From a virus (lineage: Duplodnaviria > Caudoviricetes): DNA of 43,199 nt. The position numbers and the translations under genes are program-made. Numbering within the stretch: the first letter of the stretch is position 1; every line of letters begins with the position of its first letter. Of the stretch, positions 23,210-32,869 are shown piece after piece. The DNA lies in IMG/VR virus record IMGVR_UViG_3300025653_000068, positions 1-43,199 of that record, one strand, 5' to 3'. The notes beneath the pieces are model-generated. The model did not search any database and was not told the DNA's origin. It saw only the letters and a list, made by a program, of their open reading frames with translations.

Positions 23210-26200
23210 TGGCATTACCAGCAATATTAGGGGCAGCAGGAAGATTATTGGCAAAAGAGGGGGCAAAAGGTCTCACAAAAGCTGCTGCTAAAAAAGCAAT
23301 TCAAGCAAAATCTAAGAACTTGGCGAGAGAGAAGGCAAGACAATATGCTAAGAAAAAGTTGAAAGAAAAGATGGTCTCTGGCGGATCGGGACAATCTACA
23401 AGACCAAATATTCAAGAGAGAAAAATATCAACCCCAAAACTATTAAATGCACCTAAACCATCAATACCAAGTGGTTTAGATAAAATCCCTGGCAAGTCAA
23501 AGTATTCTCCAATATTAAAAGAGTTATCTTCAATAAATCAAGCACTGAAATCACTGCAATCTACTTTAAAAAACTCTCAAAATATTGCGAAAAGAGAAGC
23601 AACTAACAAAAGAATACAACAATCCAGACAGAGATTTTCTAATAGAGAATCTTCATTAGAAAATAAACAATCTGACGACAAAAACACTGAAGATAAACAA
23701 GAAAAACAATCTCTTGGATTTTTTGATATAATCAAAAGATTTTTTGGAAATATTTTAGCTGGTGGGTTATTAAAGTTACTTCTTAACAATAAAGATAAAA
23801 TATTCAAAGGTATAGACCTTGGTATTAAAAACTGGAGACATATAACCAGATTTTTACTGGGACCAGAACTTAGAAAACCTTTATCTAAAATATTAAAGTT
23901 TACTGCAAAGTCTTTATTAAATCCTTTTTATCTTCCAGGTAAAATACTTAAAGGTAGTATAAAACTATTAGGTAAAGGTTTAAAACTAACCTTTAAGGGA
24001 ATATCTGGTGCAATAAAACTTGCTATAAAATCCGCATTAAAGATTGCTAAAGGTATTATAGCATCGATTAAAGCTGGTGCTAAACTAGGCGGAAATGCAC
24101 TTAGGTTGGGCGTTAAGGGTGCTAGAGCAGCAGCTAGGTTGGGCGTTAAGGGTGCTAGAGTAGCAGCTAGATTTACTAGATCTTCCCTAAGATTTGGTAG
24201 TAGAGCAACTAGAGCATTTACTGGTGCTTTAAAGGGTGGGCAAGGATTAAAAGGAGCAACTCAGGCAGTTGGAACTGCTGCTGAAAGATCTGCTCGTCAA
24301 TCTGCTGCAATAAGAGCACAAGCACAAAAAGCAAAGGAAGCGAAAGAAGCAGCAGATAAAGCAAAGAAAGCGCAACAAGCAGCAGATAAAGCAAAGAAAG
24401 CGCAACAAGCAGCAGATAAAGCAAAGAAAGCGCAACAAGCAGCAGATAAAGCAAAGAAAGCGCAACAAGCAGCAGATAAAGCAAAGAAAGCGCAACAAGC
24501 AGCAGATAAAGCAAAGAAAGCGCAACAAGCAGCAGATAAAGCAAAGACAGCAAGAGAAGCGGGAGCGGCAGCACAAAAGGCAAAAGCAGCATCTAGTGCA
24601 GCAACAACTGCTGGAACTGTTGCTAAAGCAGCTAGACGATCTATAAGAATACCTATCATTGGTCCACTTCTAGTTGCACTTGACTCTTGGTTGAGTGGAG
24701 ACCCACCAAGTCAAACATTGTTCAAAGCTGGTGGTGCTGCTATTGGTGGATTACTTGGAAACTTTATTCCTATTCCTATTTTAGGAATGATGCTTGGTGA
24801 ATATATTGGTGAGTATGTTGGTAATCTATTTTATTATGGCATTAAAACTCCAGGCGGATGGAAAAAGGCAGGTGAGATTTTATTTGATGATTTAAAAAAA
24901 GCATTTGATACTGGTAAACAAGTTCTTGATTGGTTAGGTAAAGGTGTTACCAGGTATGTAACTAACTGGCCAAAACTAAGAATCCCAAATCCAGCTATTC
25001 CTGGTCCATTAAGAAGTGTATTAGAAGCAGCTACATTATGGAGATCTGGTAAGTTTGAAGGGATGCATGATTTCCTAGGAAAGTTTCCTTTGAGTCCATT
25101 TAAGTTTATTTCAGATAATCAGTGGTTTGGTAATAAGAAAGGTAAGTTATCACATGTTCCAGATCCTACATTTATGATTAGAGATCCTCTTGCATTTATT
25201 AAGCATGTTAAGAACTCATTTATGGGAACTTCTAATCAAAAACCAAAATATACACCACCACCATTAGGTGATATAGAACTTCCTGGCGATGGAAGTGCTA
25301 CTGAACCATCGGCTAGTGATGGTAATACACCAAATCCAGCTGCAGGTTTAAATACAAGACTTAGTGTTGGTACTGGAGAGTTTGGCGAGGGACCGCTTAT
25401 TAAGGCAGCAGCTGCTGCTGGAATCAAAGGAAAAGAACTTGCTGCTTTCCTAGCACAAATGTCTCATGAGACTGGAGGTTTTCAGTTCCCTAGAGAGCTA
25501 AGTGGAGGAAGGTCACACTATGGTGGTGGTGGTCCATGGACAGCTCCGAATGGGAAAACTTATAAAGCGAAGTTCCATGGTAGAGGTTATATTCAACTAA
25601 CACATGACTATAACTACGAAAAATATGGAAAAATGTTTGGCGTTGATTTGCTAAGTAACCCAGATCTTGCAATGGATGGTGAACTTGCTGCTAAGATTGC
25701 TGTTGCTTATTGGAAGCAGAATGTTAGACCAACAGTAAATGGTAACTGGGATAATGTGTTTTTACATTCAAAAGCGATCAACTATCCTGCTGCAACTAGA
25801 GAAGATCAAATTAATGGAATGGATGATAGAAAAGCAAGATATAGAAAATACGTGGAAAAGTTAAATGCGGGTCAGATAACATCACCTGCAGCAACACCTA
25901 CATCACCTGCAGCTCCTTCACCAGAGCAACAAGATAATGAAACCGAAAACCTCCGCAGATCAACTGATAACCTAAATCAATCTACTTCATCTGCATTGAG
26001 TATGTCTTCCCCTTCACAAAGAATGGATACTAGCGCATTGAGTCAAAGAGCATCTTATGAACAAAGAGGTGGTCAAATGACTGTATTACCTCTTCCTATG
26101 GGAAATGGTGGTGGAGAATCTTCTGGTGGAGGGTCTTCAGTTTTACCATTACCTCCAGGATCTACATCTAAGATGTTAAATAGTTACTATAAGATTCAAC

Positions 26201-26229
26201 TCTTAGGCAACTTGTATAAAAACGGATAA
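23209..26229 (+). CDS. Tape-measure-like virion protein with glycoside hydrolase family 19 (lysozyme-like) domain
   Basis: Ala/Lys/Gly-rich 11-residue periodic region; LAAFLAQMSHETGGF, HGRGYIQLTHDYNY, NPDL, AVAYW. Confidence 0.8.
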   Translation: MALPAILGAAGRLLAKEGAKGLTKAAAKKAIQAKSKNLAREKARQYAKKKLKEKMVSGGSGQSTRPNIQERKISTPKLLNAPKPSIPSGLDKIPGKSKYSPILKELSSINQALKSLQSTLKNSQNIAKREATNKRIQQSRQRFSNRESSLENKQSDDKNTEDKQEKQSLGFFDIIKRFFGNILAGGLLKLLLNNKDKIFKGIDLGIKNWRHITRFLLGPELRKPLSKILKFTAKSLLNPFYLPGKILKGSIKLLGKGLKLTFKGISGAIKLAIKSALKIAKGIIASIKAGAKLGGNALRLGVKGARAAARLGVKGARVAARFTRSSLRFGSRATRAFTGALKGGQGLKGATQAVGTAAERSARQSAAIRAQAQKAKEAKEAADKAKKAQQAADKAKKAQQAADKAKKAQQAADKAKKAQQAADKAKKAQQAADKAKKAQQAADKAKTAREAGAAAQKAKAASSAATTAGTVAKAARRSIRIPIIGPLLVALDSWLSGDPPSQTLFKAGGAAIGGLLGNFIPIPILGMMLGEYIGEYVGNLFYYGIKTPGGWKKAGEILFDDLKKAFDTGKQVLDWLGKGVTRYVTNWPKLRIPNPAIPGPLRSVLEAATLWRSGKFEGMHDFLGKFPLSPFKFISDNQWFGNKKGKLSHVPDPTFMIRDPLAFIKHVKNSFMGTSNQKPKYTPPPLGDIELPGDGSATEPSASDGNTPNPAAGLNTRLSVGTGEFGEGPLIKAAAAAGIKGKELAAFLAQMSHETGGFQFPRELSGGRSHYGGGGPWTAPNGKTYKAKFHGRGYIQLTHDYNYEKYGKMFGVDLLSNPDLAMDGELAAKIAVAYWKQNVRPTVNGNWDNVFLHSKAINYPAATREDQINGMDDRKARYRKYVEKLNAGQITSPAATPTSPAAPSPEQQDNETENLRRSTDNLNQSTSSALSMSSPSQRMDTSALSQRASYEQRGGQMTVLPLPMGNGGGESSGGGSSVLPLPPGSTSKMLNSYYKIQLLGNLYKNG
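24349..24547 (+). repeat. 30-bp perfect tandem repeat x6 plus partial (AADKAKKAQQ)
   Basis: GCAGCAGATAAAGCAAAGAAAGCGCAACAA repeated with no spacers. Confidence 0.98.
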
Positions 26230-27530
26230 TGGAAAATAAAGACGTACTATCTGGGAATATTGAAAAGTTTCTTATAACAAATTTTAAGACTAAAGCGTCT
26301 ATTGATATTAGTGCTGGAATAACTGACCTAAGATATTATGAAAACATTTTGTCTAATACTATTACTTTGTCTGTTGTATTTACAGATACTGGATATAAGC
26401 AAGACTCTAATGATAAAGAATCTATATCAGTTTTAGATGGATTACCATTAAGAGGTGGAGAAGAAGTTGATATAGTTATAGAAGATGCAAAAGATAATCC
26501 AACAAAGTTAAAACTAAAATTATATGTTAACAGAGTTAAAAATGTAAACAGTAAAACTAATACTGAAACTTATATAATAGATTTTTGTAGCGCAGAGACA
26601 CTTGCCAACGAACAAAGTAGAGTAGTTGAAAGATATAGTGGCAAGATCTCTGAGAACGTTAAAACTATTTTGACCGATAAACTAAAGACTAATAAAAATA
26701 TTATACTTGATGATACTCTTGTCGATTATGAGTTTATTGGTAATGATAGAAAACCTCTTCATGTTTGTACTTGGTTGGCATCAAGATCAGTTCCTTCTGG
26801 ATATGGTAAAAAGAATGCTTCTGCTGGTTACTTTTTATATGAAACATCTAACGCATTTAACTTCAGATCTATTGATGCATTAATGAGTCAAAAACCAAAG
26901 AATCAATATGTTTACAGCGATACTGCTGAAAAGAAAGATGGTTTTGAGAAAGTTTTATCGTATGGTATTGACAGAAATATTGATTTGCAGGAACAACTAA
27001 TACTTGGATCTTATTCCAATAGATCAATATTTTTCGATTTTTATGCTATGGATTATGAGGTTAGAAACTATAGTGTTGATGAAGATCAAAATGGAAAGGT
27101 AATAAATCTTGGAAAGGATGAAAATAATCATGTTGCAGATCAGTTTAGACAACCAATATCGAGGTTAATGTCACATATTCTTGATGTTGGAACTCTCCCT
27201 CCAGGTAAAACTCCAATATCTCAGTTGAAGAACTGGAAAACTAGTCCATTAAATCCAACTTATGATGTTAAAACCACAATGGTTCAGTCTATCATGAGAT
27301 ATAATCAAATGTTCTCTATTAAGATAAATATAGTAGTATCTGGAGATTTTGGATTAAATGCGGGGGATGTAGTTTATTTTGAGTTTCCTCAGGTAAAAGT
27401 TGGAGATCCTGATGTTGATGTGTTATCTTCTGGCAAATACGTTATTTCCAGTCTATGTCACAGAATAACTTCTGCTGACACTTTTACTAGTATGACTCTA
27501 GTAAGAGATACATTTAGAAAACAAAAGTAA
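26229..27530 (+). CDS. Baseplate hub protein (gp27-like)
   Basis: YYENILS, LPLRGGEEV, YFLYET..FNFRSID, GDFGLNAGD, SGKYVISSLCH; position before g5. Confidence 0.7.
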   Translation: MENKDVLSGNIEKFLITNFKTKASIDISAGITDLRYYENILSNTITLSVVFTDTGYKQDSNDKESISVLDGLPLRGGEEVDIVIEDAKDNPTKLKLKLYVNRVKNVNSKTNTETYIIDFCSAETLANEQSRVVERYSGKISENVKTILTDKLKTNKNIILDDTLVDYEFIGNDRKPLHVCTWLASRSVPSGYGKKNASAGYFLYETSNAFNFRSIDALMSQKPKNQYVYSDTAEKKDGFEKVLSYGIDRNIDLQEQLILGSYSNRSIFFDFYAMDYEVRNYSVDEDQNGKVINLGKDENNHVADQFRQPISRLMSHILDVGTLPPGKTPISQLKNWKTSPLNPTYDVKTTMVQSIMRYNQMFSIKINIVVSGDFGLNAGDVVYFEFPQVKVGDPDVDVLSSGKYVISSLCHRITSADTFTSMTLVRDTFRKQK

Positions 27531-27541
27531 AGGAGTAGTAA

Positions 27542-27757
27542 ATGGAAAAATCAATCGAAGATCATATCGAAAAGGATAAAAAAATACTTGAAGACCCAAT
27601 GATCTCTCCACAAATGAGAAGACATACTCAAGATGAACTGCAACATCTAGAGTTATATCATAAAAATCATCCTGAAGATAATCATGATCCAACCGCATTT
27701 GAAATGTACTGTGATGAGAATCCAGAAGCAAGCGAATGTAGAATTTACGAAGACTAA
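27542..27757 (+). CDS. cp12: CP12 Calvin cycle inhibitor
   Basis: C-terminal FEMYCDENPEASECRIYED CP12 signature; AAGGAG RBS. Confidence 0.95.
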   Translation: MEKSIEDHIEKDKKILEDPMISPQMRRHTQDELQHLELYHKNHPEDNHDPTAFEMYCDENPEASECRIYED

Positions 27758-30252
27758 TGATTCAAGAAGGGTTTTTAAAAAGTCAGCAAGTAGGACGCGA
27801 CGGATTTATATGGTGGATTGGTCAAGTTGTTCTTGAGGATCAGTGGGTAGTTAATATTCCTGGTCGTAGAACTGGAACTACTTCAGACCACCTAGGATAT
27901 GATTATCGATACAAAGTTCGTATTATGGGATACCATACTGCGGATGTTCAAGCACTTCCCGATGAAGATCTCCCTTGGGCAGGCGTAATGCTTCCTGTAA
28001 CAGCAGGAACTGGTAATGGTGGAGCTTCACAAACACCGAGCATTAGGCAAGGTGATTTTTGCTATGGATTTTTCTTAGATGGCGAAAATGCTCAACATCC
28101 AATCATTATGGGTTTGATTGGATACAATCAATATGTTTCTATTAGCAAACTTCCTGCTGCTGCCTTTCAACCTTTCAGTGGATATACCAATAGAGACCTT
28201 ATTGCAAGGTACAACTTAAATGTTACGCAAGAACCTGCACAAGCTAAACAAAATTCAGAAGGGGTAACGCAACAACAAGGTCAAGAAATAAATCCACAAG
28301 TCAATAACTCCAATATTCCAAGAAAGGATGGTGCTTCTGCTGAGCAAGCAATTGATGGATATGAAGTTGAGTATTTAGATTCCGAGTGTGAACCAATCCC
28401 TATGAGTAAAATGCAGAGGGATATTAAAAATGCAATCCAAAAGATTGAAAAATATAAAAAAACACTATCAAAATGGGAGAATACTGTATCTACAAAAGTA
28501 AGTGATATTAGAAATGATTTAAGTACCACAAATGCAACTAACTTTCTTGAAAATCTTATTCAGTTTGAGATTGATGGTTCAACAAAATCTATTAGTGAAG
28601 TAATAAAATGGGTTCTTGTAGAAGCGCAGAAGTTTACTACCAAAAAAATAAACGATGCTGCTAAAGTATCTTATTTTAATCTATTTCCAAATCAAAGACC
28701 ACCATTAAAAGAAGGTATTGAGAAAGCTAGTGAAGCGGTAGTCTGTCTTTTTAGAAACTTAATATCCAATCTATTAGAAATGATTGGCAATTACTTAAAA
28801 GATGCCTTTAACAAGTTAGTAAATGTTCCTCTTTGTGCAGTTGAAAATCTATTAGGAGGAATTTTTGGTGCTATCACTGGTCTTATTAATGGTGCATTAA
28901 ATAATATTTTAGAACCTATTTCATCTTTACTTGGAACCACTTTTGATATTGCTGAAGATGTTCTAAACTTTATTACTGAACTTCTATCATTCATTCTTTG
29001 TGATGAAAAACCAGATTGTGCTAAAACAACTGAATGGAGTGTGTGGGATGGTCCAGAACCATCTGCAAATCTAGACGTTGCTTCTATTATTGGTGAAGTT
29101 AATGGTGTTGCATCTGCTGTTTCTAACTTTAATATTGATCTAGATTCTATTGGAGATGTAGATCTCTCAGGAATAATCGATAGTGTTGCTGGTTGCTTTA
29201 CTGGTCCTAACTTGTGTGGTCCTCCCACTGTAACTATTTTCGGTGGTGGAGGTTCTGGAGCGACTGCAAATGCAATCGTTAGCAGTACAGGAAAACTGAT
29301 TGGTGCTGATATTACTTTACCTGGATCTGGATATACTTCTGCTCCATTTGTCAAGTTCAAAGACAGTTGTGGAAAAGGTAGAGGTGGATTTGGGAGAAGT
29401 AAAATTGACGATCAAGGACGTGTTGTAAGCATTCAAATAGTTACCCCTGGAACTGGATATTTACCTACATTTGATGGAAGTTACGGTGGTGATGGAAGAA
29501 CTTGGGCAGATAAAACTGATACGATTGTTCAGAGATCCGATGGAACGTGGGATTCTCCTTATGGACCAGGAGAAGAAATTACATTAAATCCAGGAGATAA
29601 AGTTCTTTTCCCTGGAAATGATACATATGAAGACATTACTGAGGAATCAGTAGCAGTTACACCTCAACCATCCGAGGGTCAACAGGGTCAACAGGGTCAA
29701 CAACTAGTTGAACCTATCTCAATTACTGAGGAATCAGTAGCAGTTACACCTCAACCATCCGAGGGTCAACAGGGTCAACAACTAGTTGAACCTATCTCAA
29801 TTACTGAGGAATCAGTAGCAGTTACACCTCAACCATCCGAGGGTCAACAGGGTCAACAGGGTCAACAGGGTCAACAGGGTCAACAACTAGTTGAACCTAT
29901 CTCAAGTGATGGTCAATATCCCGTTGTTTTAGAGTTGATTGATGTTGTTATAGATAGTCCAGGATATTCTTATAATATGTCAGATGAGATTACTATAACA
30001 CCAGATAATGGCGCTAGTATAACACCAATAATCAGTCCTATCGGATCTATTATTGGCGCAGTAGTGAAAACTGGTGGATTGGGATTCACAGACATTCCTG
30101 AGATAACCATTAGTTCTCAGACAGGATTTAATGCAAGACTTATTCCAGTATTAGGAACTAAGTTTGTTGGTGAGCAAGAGATTTCTGAGATTGATGATCC
30201 AGAAATCATATCAAAAGTGATAAGTGTAGTCGATTGTGTAGGTAGATTCTAA
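27757..30252 (+). CDS. g5: Baseplate hub/spike protein gp5 (N-terminal OB-fold)
   Basis: GRDGFIWWIGQV, RYKVRIMGYH, LPWA, GFFLDGENAQHPIIMG; later GSGYTSAP-type beta repeats. Confidence 0.85.
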   Translation: MIQEGFLKSQQVGRDGFIWWIGQVVLEDQWVVNIPGRRTGTTSDHLGYDYRYKVRIMGYHTADVQALPDEDLPWAGVMLPVTAGTGNGGASQTPSIRQGDFCYGFFLDGENAQHPIIMGLIGYNQYVSISKLPAAAFQPFSGYTNRDLIARYNLNVTQEPAQAKQNSEGVTQQQGQEINPQVNNSNIPRKDGASAEQAIDGYEVEYLDSECEPIPMSKMQRDIKNAIQKIEKYKKTLSKWENTVSTKVSDIRNDLSTTNATNFLENLIQFEIDGSTKSISEVIKWVLVEAQKFTTKKINDAAKVSYFNLFPNQRPPLKEGIEKASEAVVCLFRNLISNLLEMIGNYLKDAFNKLVNVPLCAVENLLGGIFGAITGLINGALNNILEPISSLLGTTFDIAEDVLNFITELLSFILCDEKPDCAKTTEWSVWDGPEPSANLDVASIIGEVNGVASAVSNFNIDLDSIGDVDLSGIIDSVAGCFTGPNLCGPPTVTIFGGGGSGATANAIVSSTGKLIGADITLPGSGYTSAPFVKFKDSCGKGRGGFGRSKIDDQGRVVSIQIVTPGTGYLPTFDGSYGGDGRTWADKTDTIVQRSDGTWDSPYGPGEEITLNPGDKVLFPGNDTYEDITEESVAVTPQPSEGQQGQQGQQLVEPISITEESVAVTPQPSEGQQGQQLVEPISITEESVAVTPQPSEGQQGQQGQQGQQGQQLVEPISSDGQYPVVLELIDVVIDSPGYSYNMSDEITITPDNGASITPIISPIGSIIGAVVKTGGLGFTDIPEITISSQTGFNARLIPVLGTKFVGEQEISEIDDPEIISKVISVVDCVGRF
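29635..29904 (+). repeat. Three tandem units (87, 78, 105 bp) differing only in the number of 9-bp GQQ subunits (3, 2, 5)
   Basis: ITEESVAVTPQPSE(GQQ)nLVEPIS, identical at DNA level. Confidence 0.97.
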
Positions 30253-30872
30253 TGACAGAACCAGTACGTTGCTACCATACTATTAGATATGGTAATGATT
30301 ACGGAGAAATACAATTTGGACATATTCATGATGATGAGATTGTTTCTGGGTGTCATATTAGAACTGCAAATGATGGTGGGCGTCATTATATGACTATGGA
30401 TAGTACTGGTCTTTCTGAGACTGGTAGAAAAGGTGGAACTATAATGTCATCACCAGGATCGACTCAGATCGTTTGTGGTATGGATGTTGCAAAAGAAATA
30501 CCAGCATTCATTACAATAGCGAAGAATGGTGATATTGTTTTTAAGGCAAAACGGGGAAGAATCCGATTCATAGCAGAAAATATTGATTTGATTGCTAACG
30601 GATCTGATGGAAAAAATGGTAGAATCTTACTGAAAGGGAATGAGAAAGTTAGTATCAAGACCCAAATGTTTGATGTTGATGCAAATGCTTCTTGTAAAAT
30701 AGTTTCAGAAAATACTGTAGATATTATAGGAAGATCTATATTAAATGTTTATGGTGGATTAATGGATTTTGCTGATGGAGCAACATCTATTAAAGGAGGA
30801 AAAGCGGGGGGTGGATTATTCCCATTCAGTAACGAGATTAAAAATTTACCTATTATTGGAGACTTTTTATAA
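30252..30872 (+). CDS. Putative spike beta-helix (gp5 C-terminal-like) protein
   Basis: IIAKNGDI.FKAKRGRIRFIAENIDLIANG-type beta-strand repeats; coupled to g5. Confidence 0.6.
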   Translation: MTEPVRCYHTIRYGNDYGEIQFGHIHDDEIVSGCHIRTANDGGRHYMTMDSTGLSETGRKGGTIMSSPGSTQIVCGMDVAKEIPAFITIAKNGDIVFKAKRGRIRFIAENIDLIANGSDGKNGRILLKGNEKVSIKTQMFDVDANASCKIVSENTVDIIGRSILNVYGGLMDFADGATSIKGGKAGGGLFPFSNEIKNLPIIGDFL

Positions 30873-31838
30873 ATGGCAAAACTTCCTGATGTACACGTAA
30901 CTAAAAGACTTTTTATTGGTGAAGGTTTACCTGCATGTCTAGGAATATCTGGAGCTGAGATTCGTGGTTCTGCATATATTGAAGGTCCTGCTGTTGTAGG
31001 TGTTCCATTAAAGTTTCTTCCATATGAAGCTGGGGTGATGATCAGTAATGTTCAAAATACTGATATGCTTGCAGTACCAACTCCAAGTATTGTAAAAATA
31101 CGATCTACATCAGTACCAACGCCGATTGATGTAGTTATTGGAGATATTGCTGGACCTGTAGGAGTTAATGTCTTTTGTGGTCCTATGCCATTTGTTGTGT
31201 CATCAGCATCTATTTCTTTAAATACTTTATTGCGATTTGATGTTTCTAACTTTGAATCAAAGATTGCATCTCTAAAATCTGATATTGGAGCAAAGTGTTT
31301 TGCAGGAACAAAACTTGAAACTGGATTTGATTCTAATCTAGGATTTGCATTTAATGCTGCACCTTTATTTGGTGAAGCTCCAACACTATATCCAGACCAT
31401 GCTACTAAAGTTACAACTTTAAATAAAACTTTCGGTATTGCTATTTCTAAAAAACCATTTGATATTTTGCATCCAACTAAAGATGGGCATAGACTTAGGT
31501 ATGTTTCTTTAGAAGGACCAGCGGCAGAAGTATATTGTAGGGGTAAATCTACCTCTGATGTTATTCATCTGCCAGATTATTGGTTGGGATTAGTCGAGAA
31601 AGATTCTATAACCGTTAACTTAACTTCAGTTGGTAGTGAACAAAATCTATACGTCAAAGAAATCGTAGACAACAAGATTTATGTTGGTGGTGGAGTATTG
31701 ATGAATGGAGAAGGATTGTTTAAGTATCACTATACAGTATTTGCAGAAAGAAAAGACACTGAAAAGAATATTCCAGAATACAAAGGGTTGACAACTGATG
31801 ATTATCCAGGTGATAATAGTGAATATAGATTGAGTTAG
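30873..31838 (+). CDS. Virion spike/fibre protein with C-terminal chaperone-like domain
   Basis: KPFDILHPTKDGHRLRYVSLEGP..VYCRG...LPDYW..LV..SITVNLT...YTVFAERKD. Confidence 0.7.
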   Translation: MAKLPDVHVTKRLFIGEGLPACLGISGAEIRGSAYIEGPAVVGVPLKFLPYEAGVMISNVQNTDMLAVPTPSIVKIRSTSVPTPIDVVIGDIAGPVGVNVFCGPMPFVVSSASISLNTLLRFDVSNFESKIASLKSDIGAKCFAGTKLETGFDSNLGFAFNAAPLFGEAPTLYPDHATKVTTLNKTFGIAISKKPFDILHPTKDGHRLRYVSLEGPAAEVYCRGKSTSDVIHLPDYWLGLVEKDSITVNLTSVGSEQNLYVKEIVDNKIYVGGGVLMNGEGLFKYHYTVFAERKDTEKNIPEYKGLTTDDYPGDNSEYRLS

Positions 31839-31839
31839 A

Positions 31840-32517
31840 ATGAAAAAAGTCCATGAGTTATTCCCTCTGATAATCTATCAGGGGAGTTTAGATTGTCATG
31901 AAGAGTTTAAAAGAGATAATATAGAAAGTTTAAAGAAGTATTGGTTTAATGGTTATGAGCATGAATCTCCAGAAGCATCGTCAAATATTTTTGCCCATTT
32001 AAATACTGATTATTCTGTGTTCTTCAAATCACTTAGAAAGATATTTGATGATTATTTTGATACTTTGAATATAAAATATGATAGATTAAGTTATCATATA
32101 TGCAAATCATGGGTTGTTTATCATAGAGATGATACTACTCCTCCAATGGCACCACATAATCATAATGAGGCAAATATAAGTTTTGTGTATTATTTAAATA
32201 CTGACGAAACATCCGATAGATTTGTTGCTATGCAAATGAGTAATAGTAATGAAGTATGTCAAGGATTCTTCGATACTGCTGATATACATAATCTTATGAC
32301 CAACTTCAATAGATATAACTGCAATAACTATACAATAACTCCTATAGAAGGTTCTGTTATTGTAATGCCAACTCAAACGTTTCATAAGACGATCAAAAAG
32401 AAAGCTAGAACGAATGAAAGGATTGCTATTGCTGGAGATGTTCGGGTTACTTTAAAACCAGAACATTTCAGACATCATCAAGGTTGTACACATCCCTCAC
32501 AATGGTTAGAAATATGA
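31840..32517 (+). CDS. Putative 2OG-Fe(II) oxygenase
   Basis: SWV, PHNH, ISFVYYL, P.EG.VIVMP...FH, RIAIAGD. Confidence 0.8.
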   Translation: MKKVHELFPLIIYQGSLDCHEEFKRDNIESLKKYWFNGYEHESPEASSNIFAHLNTDYSVFFKSLRKIFDDYFDTLNIKYDRLSYHICKSWVVYHRDDTTPPMAPHNHNEANISFVYYLNTDETSDRFVAMQMSNSNEVCQGFFDTADIHNLMTNFNRYNCNNYTITPIEGSVIVMPTQTFHKTIKKKARTNERIAIAGDVRVTLKPEHFRHHQGCTHPSQWLEI

Positions 32518-32840
32518 CGTATAAGATTGTAAATGATTCTAGAAAACCTATTTTAATAAAACATTCTGAAATATGTTCTCCTCCACCAAATGAGATTTTC
32601 ATAGATGATGTTGATACATCTTATCCAGGTATTGTTATTAAATATGAAAATGGTTATTTGATTGAAGATGGTGTTCATAGAATGGCAAAACTTCAAAAAC
32701 AGGGGATATTTGAGTCTCTATTTTATGTTGTAAGTATTGAAGAATATAAAAATGGAATGGTTTCTATGAAATATCGAGAAACCTTTATAACTTTAGGCGC
32801 ATGGAATCATAACTTTTTGTCGCCAAGACTCCACAAATAA
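32514..32840 (+). CDS. Small ParB/Srx-like domain protein
   Basis: DTSYPGIV...YLIEDGVHRMAKL; ATGA overlap. Confidence 0.6.
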   Translation: MTYKIVNDSRKPILIKHSEICSPPPNEIFIDDVDTSYPGIVIKYENGYLIEDGVHRMAKLQKQGIFESLFYVVSIEEYKNGMVSMKYRETFITLGAWNHNFLSPRLHK

Positions 32841-32869
32841 ATAAACCATAGCAATGTTATGCAGAAGAA

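Noticed and set aside
24218-24659. Three minus-strand ORFs with Leu/Cys/Ala repeats, and a possible CRISPR array
   Set aside because: Artefacts of a stop-free 30-bp coding repeat; units are contiguous with no spacers
28791-29360. 189-aa minus-strand ORF inside g5, and similar antisense ORFs inside 36020..41986
   Set aside because: Antisense shadows expected from codon bias; no RBS or motifs
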